From Longimicrobiales bacterium (lineage in GTDB: Bacteria; Gemmatimonadota; Gemmatimonadetes; Longimicrobiales; Gaopeijiaceae): a DNA stretch of 64,000 nucleotides. Under the pieces are notes generated by a model. It did not search any database and had not been told where the DNA came from. It was given only the letters and a program-made list of their open reading frames with translations. Positions 19,311 through 28,657 of this stretch are shown piece by piece. The number at the start of each line of letters is the position of its first letter. The stretch's first letter is position 1. The position numbers and the translations under genes are program-made. Where the stretch lies: contig OZ241869.1 of assembly GCA_965202805.1 (NCBI GenBank), forward strand, positions 2,656,001 to 2,720,000, read 5' to 3'.

Positions 19311-19705
19311 GGTTCTTGGAGTGCGTCCCTGGCGCAGTGTTGTTACCGTCCCTGTGGCGACATCTATGAGCCAGCCATCCATGCCGCACGCTCGTCGGCG
19401 ACCATTCTTCGTTCGGAATCAATTCCTGCGGGAGCGGTGGCGGTGGGCATAGCGAGCAAGCTACTTGCGCGGCAGCTGCAGGTCCACCGAGGGCCGACCG
19501 GTCAGCACCAGCCAAGTGGACAGGCTCCCGTCCAACTGGTTCATCGATCGCGTTCGCCTCTCGCCTCAGTGCCACAACGTACTCGAACGGGGCGGCAGCC
19601 TCCTCCGGCCAGACCCCAACATCGCTGTGCTCCGGTCGCCGTCGGAGCGGATGGCGTTAGGTTGACGAATGTCAACCGTGATGGACGAGAACCCTGCTAA
19701 GCGCC

Positions 19706-21169
19706 ATGGAAGAACTCTTGTCTCAGGAAACGCGCCAACGCTCAACCGAGGAAGATGCAGATCGCTTTGTCAACCTGGTGAATGACTCCGGGTACTGGCA
19801 GTCCATCGACTTACGCATCTGCGCCATCCGTTGTGGCCGTCACTGGGTGAACCTCGTGACCCGTGGCTTCCTGGACCACCGCCCCGCTCGGTCGGTTCCC
19901 GCCTTCTCTCCGGTTGAGCGGTCGGACTTCCGCGCTTGGCAGGTGGTCCTTCCGATCACGGACCTGTCCGACGTGGTGCACGGGATTGTCAGCGGCACGA
20001 CGAAGCTGGGGAAGCCGTCCGTACAATACGTTGGCAGGTCGGATCAGCCGGCCATGGAGGTGAGTTACGTCTTCAGCGAACTCTCGGCGTCGTATCGGAG
20101 TGTGGAGTACGATGCCTGGAGCTGTCACGCCCTCGTGGGCCACGGTTCTCCGATGTGGCAGGTAGTGAGGGAGGCTGGCCAAGGTCCGTTGGAACTCGAC
20201 TGCATGATTCGCAGTGGGCCGAACGCCTACGACGGGCTCTCGGACCTGGTGCGAAGATTCTGCACACGCACCGAGGGACCGGAGATCCAGCGCAACCCGA
20301 CCATCTTCGAGTTGATCGCTCCCCTGGCCTTGCGCTTTGATCGTGAAAAGGGAGTCTCTTCGCCCGAACGCGCGAGCGTCGCCCTGCGGGCCGCTGCAGA
20401 TGTCTTCGTCGCGAAGGCGGAGTTGGTCTGGACGGTGGTCGCTGGCGGAGAACCGCCCCGTCACGGGTCGACCAAGCTGCACGAGCGCGACTGGACCAAT
20501 CACGATGGTGGCGTCCGCGCGCGGCTGGACATTCCGATTCGCGAGGGCGACGCGACCGCCACGCTCTTCATTCTCATGGCGGGCCGATGTGTGGACTGCG
20601 TGTCCGTGCCCTTAGCCGAAGCGGGCTACAACCTTCAGATGAGAACACACAACGTTGTGGATCCGGGCCTTCGCCGGTTCCTTGAGCATCTACGGCCGGC
20701 AAGATCGCACAAGGGGAAGGAGTTCGGGGAGGCTGTTGGTCTGCTGTTCCTCTTCCTCGGCTTCCATGTGGATCCGCTCTACGCGCAGAGTGGGCTGGGG
20801 GACGCCGTCGACAGCTTGGCTCATGATCCGGCCTCTTCCGTCATCCTAGCCATCGAGTGCACGGTCGGGCCGCCGGACGGGAAGGCAAAACTGAGCAAGC
20901 TTATCGCCCGGTCAGCGGAAATGCGCAGCAAGCTTCGGGATAGCGAAGTGATCCCTGTCCTCGCGACGGCAATTCCGCGTGAGGCGGTATCGAAGATCGA
21001 AGTGGAGAAGGCCGAGCGTGACGGCGTTGCGCTTCTCGCTCGAGAGGATCTCGATGACCTCTGGACGGCGGCGCAGACCGGAGAGACCACAACCCATGTG
21101 GTCCGCCGGCTACGGCACCAACTCACACAAGAGAGACTTCGGGGAGCCAGGAACCGAGAGGGCGATTGA
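19706..21169 (+). CDS. Hypothetical protein with C-terminal restriction-endonuclease-like (PD-(D/E)xK/Mrr-like) domain
   Basis: F.EAV..LF..LGF...VDSLA.....AIECT pattern. Confidence 0.65.
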   Translation: MEELLSQETRQRSTEEDADRFVNLVNDSGYWQSIDLRICAIRCGRHWVNLVTRGFLDHRPARSVPAFSPVERSDFRAWQVVLPITDLSDVVHGIVSGTTKLGKPSVQYVGRSDQPAMEVSYVFSELSASYRSVEYDAWSCHALVGHGSPMWQVVREAGQGPLELDCMIRSGPNAYDGLSDLVRRFCTRTEGPEIQRNPTIFELIAPLALRFDREKGVSSPERASVALRAAADVFVAKAELVWTVVAGGEPPRHGSTKLHERDWTNHDGGVRARLDIPIREGDATATLFILMAGRCVDCVSVPLAEAGYNLQMRTHNVVDPGLRRFLEHLRPARSHKGKEFGEAVGLLFLFLGFHVDPLYAQSGLGDAVDSLAHDPASSVILAIECTVGPPDGKAKLSKLIARSAEMRSKLRDSEVIPVLATAIPREAVSKIEVEKAERDGVALLAREDLDDLWTAAQTGETTTHVVRRLRHQLTQERLRGARNREGD

Positions 21170-21287
21170 TCGGGACAATCGTGACGGCTGACCCGGTGTT
21201 TTCGGTTGTGCTCCCGGGGTCCTGTGGACGGTAGTCCGGGCGGCCGGGATGCGCTCATGGTGACGGCTTATCGCCGCGGAGAAGTAG

Positions 21288-21926
21288 TCACCTAGATCGC
21301 AACTCGCGCAGGGAACCGAAATACTCTGGCAAGGCACCGCCACGAGTCGGCCCCGTCCAGTTCCCTAAGCTAGTTTCGATGGTTGCCTCTACGGATTTCG
21401 GATATCCCAAATCCGACGGGAGATTGGTGTGTGAAGGAACCCTCAACTGGATATTGCCCCCGGGCGGGAGGACCGACCTATCTGGTTGCACCTCGTGAAG
21501 CAGTGTTTTCGCCTTCTTCTTTCGTGCCAATCCCAACCGCTTCGCCCTTACTCCCACACTCTTGATCGTTACCGTGCGGAGGCTCATATTATCAATAGAA
21601 AAAACGAAGTCCTCGTACGTTGTATATACGGGCACGGAGCCAGGGTCTTGCTCGCAGTAGTTGGGATCTTCCTCATAGTACCAGTCTACCGATACTGCTA
21701 ATCGGAGGCTCTCGGAGCGACGGGCGAGACGTAACGAAACAACCACGGCACCTAGAGACCCAATACCGGCGACGAAACCGCCCAACATGGTAAGCACTCG
21801 GATCGTATGATCCGACAGCCACGGGAAGAGATCACCCACAGAGGCTAAAACCTCTTGATCTGGAACAAGACAACGAAGTACGTCTCGTCCTCGGAAGATG
21901 CCGTTCCCAGTGGCGCGGAAGAACAC
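21288..21926 (-). CDS. Hypothetical single-TM protein
   Basis: Hydrophobic VLTMLGGFVAGIGSLGAVVVSL segment followed by a beta-rich domain; lower GC. Confidence 0.6.
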   Translation of the reverse strand: MFFRATGNGIFRGRDVLRCLVPDQEVLASVGDLFPWLSDHTIRVLTMLGGFVAGIGSLGAVVVSLRLARRSESLRLAVSVDWYYEEDPNYCEQDPGSVPVYTTYEDFVFSIDNMSLRTVTIKSVGVRAKRLGLARKKKAKTLLHEVQPDRSVLPPGGNIQLRVPSHTNLPSDLGYPKSVEATIETSLGNWTGPTRGGALPEYFGSLRELRSR

Positions 21927-22015
21927 TCCCGCATCGTATCGATGCCTGCTTCCCCAACTACCCGACCGCTATGCCTATCGCCCAAGAGCTTCCCTTTGAT
22001 TGAGACGTTTGGACA

Positions 22016-24358
22016 CTACTGCGGCCAGTGCTTCTGCCGGTACTCAAGCAGTGCCGATCCCGAGAGTTCCTCCGTCGCGTTGTTGAGTCGCGCGAAGAAG
22101 ATCTCCCGGGCCTTACCCTTTCGGGAGGCAAACGTCGGCTGGGTCCCACGACGTACGTCGATGCGCGCGATCGTCCGGCCTTCGATAGTGCAGTAGCCCA
22201 CGGGGAGATCGGTGGCGGCGACGCTTCCGAGTGCGTTCTTGACCGCCGTGGTTATCCAAAGCTCCCAACCATCGCAGTCCGCCCCTTTGACGTGCGGGTA
22301 GTCCGCCTCGATTCCCACGGGGTCACCTCGGTCATTGACACCGATCAGTAGCGTGCCGCCATCCGTGTTCATGAAGGCGGCAATCGTCTTGATGACTGCC
22401 CACGTGATTGCCTCGTCACGCCCGTTGCTGTGCAGGTTGAAGCGGGCTGTCGACTTGAACTCGACCACCGCCGATTCACCGTTCTCGATCAATGACCGGA
22501 CACCCGACTCGATGTCGATCTCTCGCTGAGCGAACGGGCTCTCGTCGCGCTCCGGCCGCCGATTCACCGGCTTGGACATCGCTCGTTCGATGTGGCCGAG
22601 TAGACGCTCGAACCGCTGGTTGAAATAGTGTCCGAAATCGTCACATCGAAGGGCCACCGGGTCAATGTCGTGGGAGCGGAGAAAGCCGTCGAGCACATGT
22701 GACTGGATGCCATCGCCGGATTCGATCCGTGAAAGGTAGACGCTGGGCGCGGAGCCGCCGATGCGTCGGTTGGTGCGTGCGTCGAGAGCCGTCTTGTTGA
22801 CGATGCAGTTCGCAATCCCCGAGTCGATACCGTGCTCATCCCCGCGCGTGTCGCACCAGTGCCGAGGAAAGACATGGTGGATATCGATCGCTTGCTCCAT
22901 ATAGGCGTGGACATCGATCGGCTGGCCGGTCTTGAAATCGCGAGCGCCCTGCTTCATCTGGAGTGCGTGCAGGCCCTTGTAGGCGGCACTGTTTCGTGTG
23001 CGTAACGTGAGTAGCCGCTCTGCTTGGAACTGTGCGGCTTGCACCGTGCGGGGCGGGGGAGAGTCGGGCAACGCCTCGGTCCACGCAACGCAATCCTCCA
23101 GGTCAAGCGCAAACCGTGTTTCCGTGCCGCCGCCGTACATTTCACCGAGGACACCGCACCAGAACCACCGCCCGAGCCGCTGAAGCGACTCGTAAGACTC
23201 CGCTCGGTCTTCCAGCCAGCCGAAGATGGCCGCCAAGGGCACCAACTGCGTTGTGTACGGGATATCGCGGTAGCGGAACATGCACTGGGTGTGCAAGAAC
23301 GAGACCGTGCGCAGCAGTCCTGTCTCGGCTCGATCCGCCCATTGCTCGTAGTCCGCGAGCGGTAGGCGCAAGACCTCACGGCGCTTGCAGGAGATCGCCG
23401 GAGCTTTGTCGTCCTCCGGATGTGCCCCGAGATGCGACTGCCGTCGGTTGTAGGTGGCGAGCAGCGTAACGATCTGCAGGAAGGCAGTGGCGTCGACCTT
23501 CTTCAGCAGTTCGAATTGGCTGAGTCGCTGCTGGCGGGCTTCCCAGTCCTTGCGCAGTTCGAAGTTGTCGGCGGCGTATGTCGCCGTCAGCAGTTCGAAG
23601 ACCGTCAGCGTAACGCCACCGGTGTTGACCTTCTCGAACACCTGGCACACGGCCTCCTTCGGTGTCGGCTTAGCCAGTTGAATCGTCGGCACATCGTATT
23701 GCTGGAACGGAAGGACGACTTCCTCGTGAAACCGCATCCACTTGGCGAGCCGCTCGGCCATGTCACCGCGACCTGAACCCAGATACGCCTGCTGCCAGAC
23801 CATCGTGTCGCCGGCATGGAAAACGATGTCCAGCGGAAACATCTGTGCCGCAATTTCGTGCTCGCGAGTGGTAAGGTCCAGATCGACTTTCCGACCGAAG
23901 TCGCTCCGAATGATGCGATCCGCCGGAATGCCGACGATGCCCTTCTCTTCCCGGTCCGCAGAGGGGTCGATGCAGGCTTCGATGCTTGCATAGTAGTGAC
24001 GGAGCAGCTTTTTCCCACGGCTTGAGCGCGTGCGAACCGGGTCTCGGGACTTCAGGGCCTGGAACAGCGACGTTAGCCGCTGCTGGCCGTCGAGCAGCAG
24101 CGTCTCGGGCTCCGGCCTCGGGTTCAGCTTGACCCCTTCGAGCAATCTCGCCTTGAAGTTCACGCCGGGATTGCCGGCGACAAGCGTCATGACCGCCCCG
24201 ATCGGATACGACAGCGAAATCGAGGCCAGCAGACTCCGGATGTGGTCGTCGTCCCACACCCATCCACGTTGGAAGTCCGGCAGTTGGAGCTCACCGCTAG
24301 TCGCTTGATCGAGCAGGTCTACGAGGGGCACATCGTCGCTGTTGAACTTCTTCTTCAT
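22016..24358 (-). CDS. GmrSD-like (DUF262 + HNH/DUF1524-like) protein fused to a C-terminal Schlafen/AlbA_2 domain
   Basis: QLPDFQRGWVW, LLDGQQRLTSL, FEKVNTGG, DIHHVFP..N..N; GES..VEFKST..IAAFMNTDGGTLLIGV.D. Confidence 0.9.
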   Translation of the reverse strand: MKKKFNSDDVPLVDLLDQATSGELQLPDFQRGWVWDDDHIRSLLASISLSYPIGAVMTLVAGNPGVNFKARLLEGVKLNPRPEPETLLLDGQQRLTSLFQALKSRDPVRTRSSRGKKLLRHYYASIEACIDPSADREEKGIVGIPADRIIRSDFGRKVDLDLTTREHEIAAQMFPLDIVFHAGDTMVWQQAYLGSGRGDMAERLAKWMRFHEEVVLPFQQYDVPTIQLAKPTPKEAVCQVFEKVNTGGVTLTVFELLTATYAADNFELRKDWEARQQRLSQFELLKKVDATAFLQIVTLLATYNRRQSHLGAHPEDDKAPAISCKRREVLRLPLADYEQWADRAETGLLRTVSFLHTQCMFRYRDIPYTTQLVPLAAIFGWLEDRAESYESLQRLGRWFWCGVLGEMYGGGTETRFALDLEDCVAWTEALPDSPPPRTVQAAQFQAERLLTLRTRNSAAYKGLHALQMKQGARDFKTGQPIDVHAYMEQAIDIHHVFPRHWCDTRGDEHGIDSGIANCIVNKTALDARTNRRIGGSAPSVYLSRIESGDGIQSHVLDGFLRSHDIDPVALRCDDFGHYFNQRFERLLGHIERAMSKPVNRRPERDESPFAQREIDIESGVRSLIENGESAVVEFKSTARFNLHSNGRDEAITWAVIKTIAAFMNTDGGTLLIGVNDRGDPVGIEADYPHVKGADCDGWELWITTAVKNALGSVAATDLPVGYCTIEGRTIARIDVRRGTQPTFASRKGKAREIFFARLNNATEELSGSALLEYRQKHWPQ

Positions 24359-24419
24359 CAGTTGCTCTCGTCACATGGGGAAAAGCTGCCGTCGCGTTCA
24401 CCAGAACTTATCTCCAATC

Positions 24420-24668
24420 TCACCCCACCGGCTCCCAAAGCTCAATCGCGTTCCCCTCGGGGTCGTGTATCCGCGCGAAGCGCCCGATGCCCTCCATCTC
24501 GCTTTCGTGGCTAACCTCGATGTCCGCGGACTTCAGTTGTGCGATCATCGCGTCCAGATCGGCCACGCGGAAGTTCAGCATGAACGTCTTGTCCGCCGCG
24601 AAGTAGTCCGTGTCGGCGGCGAAGGGTCCGAAGACCGTGACCCGCCGAGCCCCTGAACGCGTGGCACG
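24420..24668 (-). pseudogene. VOC/glyoxalase gene with frameshifting internal deletion
   Basis: Paralog of 37866-38228; MPRVQGLGG and VTVF..MLNFRV..DPEGNAIELWEP lie in different frames. Confidence 0.85.
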
Positions 24669-24794
24669 CTGCCTCCCCTGGGTGATGGACCGCACCATCT
24701 GCGCATCGGAAGTCTCGCGGAGAGAGGCCGTCCCTGCCAGACTTGTGGCGGAACTCGACTCTCGACGGCAACCACCACCAACCGGAACACCCCC

Positions 24795-25769
24795 ATGCCA
24801 AAGAACATCGTCGTGTGCTGTGACGGCACGGGCAACGAGTACGGCCCCAACAACACCAACGTCGTGAAGCTGTACGAGGCGATCGTTCGCGACGCGGACC
24901 AGGTCGCCTTCTACGATCCGGGCGTCGGCACCTTCAGCTTTCTCGGCAGGACGCTCGGACGCCGGGTGGGCCGCACGCTGGGGAAGGCGTTCGGTGCCGG
25001 GCTCCAGCAGAACATAGAGGATGCCTACCGGTTCCTCATGGACCGCTACGAGCCGGGGGACAGGCTGTACCTGTTCGGCTTCAGCCGCGGCGCGTTCACC
25101 GTGCGCGCGCTGGCCGGGATGCTGAACCTGTGCGGTCTGCTGCAGAAGGGCAGCCTCAACCTGGTGCCGTACGCGTCCAGGATCTACAACGACCGCGCGC
25201 GTCACGGGATGGCGCCCGGGTTCAAGCGGACCTATTGCCACGACTGCCGTCCGCACCTCATCGGCGTGTGGGACACGGTCGGCTCGATGGGCTGGTTCTG
25301 GGGCCGGAAGTTCTTCGACTCAACGCTGAACCACGATGTGAAGTACGGCTACCACGCGGTCTCCATCGACGAACAGCGCAAGAAGTTCCCGGCCAACATG
25401 TGGCGCGAGGACGCCAAGGCCGACCACCAGACGATCGAGCAGGTCTGGTTCGCCGGCGTCCACTCCGATGTCGGCGGCTGGTATCGCGATGCCGGCCTCT
25501 CCGACATCGCACTGGAATGGATGCTGGACAGGGCGCGAGCCCGGGGCTTGCGTCTGAGACCGCACTGGCGCCGCAGGCTCTCACCCGATCCCGCGGGTCG
25601 CCTCCACGTCTCGAGAACCGGCCTGTGGCGGCTGTGGAGGCCGGCGCCGCGAGCCATCCCCGAAGGTGCGCTCATCCACAGGAGCGTGCTGGCGCGCATG
25701 GAGGATCCCGCGCTGGGGTACGCGCCCGCCAATCTGCCCGGCGCGCATACGGTTGTCGGTGGTCGCTAG
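24795..25769 (+). CDS. DUF2235 alpha/beta-hydrolase (Tle1-like phospholipase)
   Basis: KNIVVCCDGT.N, YDPGVGT, GFSRGA, GVWDTV and WFAGVHSDVGG motifs. Confidence 0.93.
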   Translation: MPKNIVVCCDGTGNEYGPNNTNVVKLYEAIVRDADQVAFYDPGVGTFSFLGRTLGRRVGRTLGKAFGAGLQQNIEDAYRFLMDRYEPGDRLYLFGFSRGAFTVRALAGMLNLCGLLQKGSLNLVPYASRIYNDRARHGMAPGFKRTYCHDCRPHLIGVWDTVGSMGWFWGRKFFDSTLNHDVKYGYHAVSIDEQRKKFPANMWREDAKADHQTIEQVWFAGVHSDVGGWYRDAGLSDIALEWMLDRARARGLRLRPHWRRRLSPDPAGRLHVSRTGLWRLWRPAPRAIPEGALIHRSVLARMEDPALGYAPANLPGAHTVVGGR

Positions 25770-26935
25770 TCGGGCATCGCGCGCAACATGTATTGATCGA
25801 ACATGGGAACGGTGAACGCCGTTTCTCCGTGAGCAGGACTCCAGATCATCCCTTTCCGGATCAGGCCCGTGCGGATTGGTCCTGCCGAAGTAACCGCAAC
25901 CCCCAGCTCTGTCGCTACTGCCCCCGAGCGGTGTGGACCTGGGCCGAGTTGCGCCATTGCCCTCAGATACTCCTGCTCCCTGGGCGTAAGGCGGTCGAAG
26001 CGAACGCGGAAGAAGCTCGCGTCCAGAGCGGCAATCACCCTTTCCCTGGCCGACTCGACATCATCGAGAGTCACCGGTGATTCGGAAGCGATGTTCCAGC
26101 AATGCGCTCCCCACTCCTGAAGAAAATACGGATAGCCTTCGGTCTGATGACCGATCTGTGACAGCGCGTCATCTTCGATTTCGGCTCCCGCCTCCTCGAT
26201 CGGCCCTCGAATGGCCTCTGCTATGGCATTCTCGTCGAGTGGACCAACCTCGGGGAAATCGAATAGACGTTCCGCGTAGCTCTTGGCCTCGCCAGCTACC
26301 GCTGCGAGCTGCGGTAGCCCGGCACCGAACATGATCAGGGGTAATCCCGTTTGGCTAATTCGGTGCAGCGCAACGATGAGTGCGCCCAAGTCTTCGTCTG
26401 ACAGGTATTGGACCTCATCCACAAGGAGGGCTGCCGGTTTGTCGGCGGCTTTGGCCGCTTCACCGACGGCGACCAGGAGATCCGTAAGGTCGGTCTCGAG
26501 ATCGCCGGAAGCGGCCAGGCCCGGCTCTGGCGTCACGCCTACCTCAAACTCTGGGTAGGAGACCTTGAATGCGCTGGCGAAATTCCGGAGAGCGCCAAGG
26601 GCTCGGTTGCCAAGGACGCGGGCCTTCTCGCGGCCGCCAAGTTGATAAAGGAGACGGCCGAGTTTGGGGACGATGAGAGCTGCCAGGGGACGCCTCTCCG
26701 GGGCCTCGATCAGGGCGGTCAGGTACCCCGCAACCTCCGCAAGGTCTCCTATGCGGACGAGAAGGACGGTCTTGCCGACGCCTCGAAGGCCGAGAAGCAT
26801 CATGCTCTTCGCGTGTCGGCCAGCTTGGATTCGTCGTAGCGCGATATCCGCCGACACAAGCAATTCGTTGCGACCGGCCAAGGCTGGAGGCCGAGATCCC
26901 GCTCCGGGTGCGAACGGGTTGGCAACCGGATCCAT
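25766..26935 (-). CDS. AAA/STAND-like ATP-binding protein with C-terminal winged helix, copy 1
   Basis: NPFAPGAG, Walker A GLRGVGKT, Walker B LLVDEVQ, GYPYFLQ. Confidence 0.9.
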   Translation of the reverse strand: MDPVANPFAPGAGSRPPALAGRNELLVSADIALRRIQAGRHAKSMMLLGLRGVGKTVLLVRIGDLAEVAGYLTALIEAPERRPLAALIVPKLGRLLYQLGGREKARVLGNRALGALRNFASAFKVSYPEFEVGVTPEPGLAASGDLETDLTDLLVAVGEAAKAADKPAALLVDEVQYLSDEDLGALIVALHRISQTGLPLIMFGAGLPQLAAVAGEAKSYAERLFDFPEVGPLDENAIAEAIRGPIEEAGAEIEDDALSQIGHQTEGYPYFLQEWGAHCWNIASESPVTLDDVESARERVIAALDASFFRVRFDRLTPREQEYLRAMAQLGPGPHRSGAVATELGVAVTSAGPIRTGLIRKGMIWSPAHGETAFTVPMFDQYMLRAMPD

Positions 26936-26950
26936 CGAACTTCCTTTGAG

Positions 26951-27014
26951 AGAGTTAGATCCAGTTAGATGCATCTAAGGCTAGATCCTGTCTAACTCCC
27001 ACTAACTCTGTCAA
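26951..27014 (-). promoter_or_regulatory. Phased TTAGAT/ATCTAA operator array with TTGACA upstream of ATPase copy 1
   Basis: AGAGTTAG(26951)..CTAACTCT(27009) imperfect palindrome with six boxes; TTGACA on - strand at 27014-27009. Confidence 0.65.
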
Positions 27015-27178
27015 GATGCTGGTTCTTGTTGAGTGGCCCATAGGTGGACGTCGCGTGTTCCTGGTAGGATGCGCCGGTTTCCAGAGGACTGGCATCAGCC
27101 CGAGCCCACGCGACCTAGATCGAGCCAGCTCCCGACGAATCCGAATTCTCTCCGCTCTGCCTCAAGGCTAACACCCTC

Positions 27179-27655
27179 ATGCCAAAGAACATCGTCGTGT
27201 GCTGTGACGGTACGGGTAACGAGTACGGCTCGAACAACACCAACCACGCGGTCTCCATCGACGAACGGCGCAAGAAGTTTCCGGCCAACATGTGGCGCGA
27301 GGACGTCAAGGCCGATCACCAGACGATCGAGCAGGTCTGGTTCGTCGGCGTCCACTCCGATGTCGGCGGCTGGTATCGCGATGCCGACCTCTCCGACATC
27401 GCACTGGACTGGATGCTGGACAGGGCGCGGGCCCGGGGCTTGCACCTGAGATCGCACTGGCGCCGCAGGCTCTCACCCGATCCCGCGGATCGCCTCCACG
27501 CCTCGAGAACCGGCTTTTGGAGGCTGTGGAGGCCGGCGCCGCGACCCATCCCCGAAGGTGCGCTCATCCACGGGAGCGTGCTGGCGCGCATGGACGATCC
27601 GGCGCTGGGGTACGCGCCCGCCAACCTGCCCGGCGCGCATACGGTTGTGGAATAG
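27179..27655 (+). pseudogene. DUF2235 paralog with in-frame internal deletion (lacks GFSRG nucleophile)
   Basis: NNTN joined directly to HAVSIDE, compared with the 24795 copy. Confidence 0.9.
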
Positions 27656-27777
27656 GAGCTCACGACGGGCGGGATTGCGGCATCGTCCGGCAGGGTGAAG
27701 ATGGACCGGTGTCCGTCATGGCGGAGCAACTCCATGCAACCGAGAAGGAGTTCGCCGCGAAGTAAGGACGCCAGCGC

Positions 27778-27805
27778 CCACAAACCCTGACGTAACGTAA
27801 GGCTT
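27778..27805. repeat. 28-bp direct repeat, copy 1
   Basis: CCACAAACCCTGACGTAACGTAAGGCTT, identical at 31111-31138. Confidence 0.9.
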
Positions 27806-27940
27806 GCGCTTGACCGCTCGCCAATCAAGCGCGTCGCCAAGCGGTTACCTTTCTCGCATTCCTATATGTCCTTATCCTTGCGGGCCGCGTGGCCGTTCGG
27901 GCCTTCCTGACCCCTCATCTATCCGGAAGATACGCCAGAG

Positions 27941-28657
27941 GTGACCCAATCGTCCTTCCCCGTTCAACTGGAGCGTCCGTCCTACCCGGCGGCCGAGGCC
28001 GGCCGTCTGGTTGGGCTCACCGCGAGCAGGGTGCGGCGGTGGCTGGGCGCGTATGGCTACAGCTACGGTGACGCCGTGCGTCACCAACCCCCGGTGCTGC
28101 GTCGTGGCGCGACCGGTTCGTACGCGTCTTTCCTGGATCTCGTGGACCTGCTCTTCGTGAAGCAGTTTCTGGATCATGGCATTTCGCTGCAGAAGGTGCG
28201 CCGTGCACTTGACGAAGCTCACGACATTCTCGGGACGAACCACTTCGCAAGGCAGTCGTTTTTTGCCGACGGCGCGGACATCTACCTCGAAGTTCGAGAA
28301 AACGGAGAAGCGATCCTGGAACTGCTGTCAGATGGGCAGTGGGTGATCGCACCGGTCATTCGGCAGCTCGCCACCGAGATCGACTTCGCGTCCCCGGAGG
28401 GCTTGGCGCGCCGGTGGTTCCCCTTGGGGCGAAACAGACCTGTCGTGCTGGACCCTTTCGTGTCGTTCGGCGCGCCCACGGTCGTCGGGCACGGCGTGAA
28501 GACCGCCAACGTTCACGATCTCTTCGTCGCCGAGAACGAGAAGCTGGCGGCGGTTCGCGCCTGGTGGGACCTTGCCGAGGGTGAAGTGGAGGCGGCGGTA
28601 GAGTTCGAACGCCGCCATCAAGATTACACTCCATACCTTCCGGCTGGAGCCGCATAG
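27941..28657 (+). CDS. HTH + DUF433 antitoxin (VapB45-like), no adjacent PIN toxin
   Basis: Y...EA.RLVGL....VRRW, SFLDLV, VVLDP.VSFGAP.V. Confidence 0.85.
   Translation: MTQSSFPVQLERPSYPAAEAGRLVGLTASRVRRWLGAYGYSYGDAVRHQPPVLRRGATGSYASFLDLVDLLFVKQFLDHGISLQKVRRALDEAHDILGTNHFARQSFFADGADIYLEVRENGEAILELLSDGQWVIAPVIRQLATEIDFASPEGLARRWFPLGRNRPVVLDPFVSFGAPTVVGHGVKTANVHDLFVAENEKLAAVRAWWDLAEGEVEAAVEFERRHQDYTPYLPAGAA

Noticed and set aside
24420..25256. 278-aa ORF ending in VOC motifs
   Set aside because: Chimera of the DUF2235 antisense frame and the frameshifted VOC remnant
24795..25769. T6SS effector-immunity locus
   Set aside because: No vgrG, PAAR or immunity lipoprotein nearby
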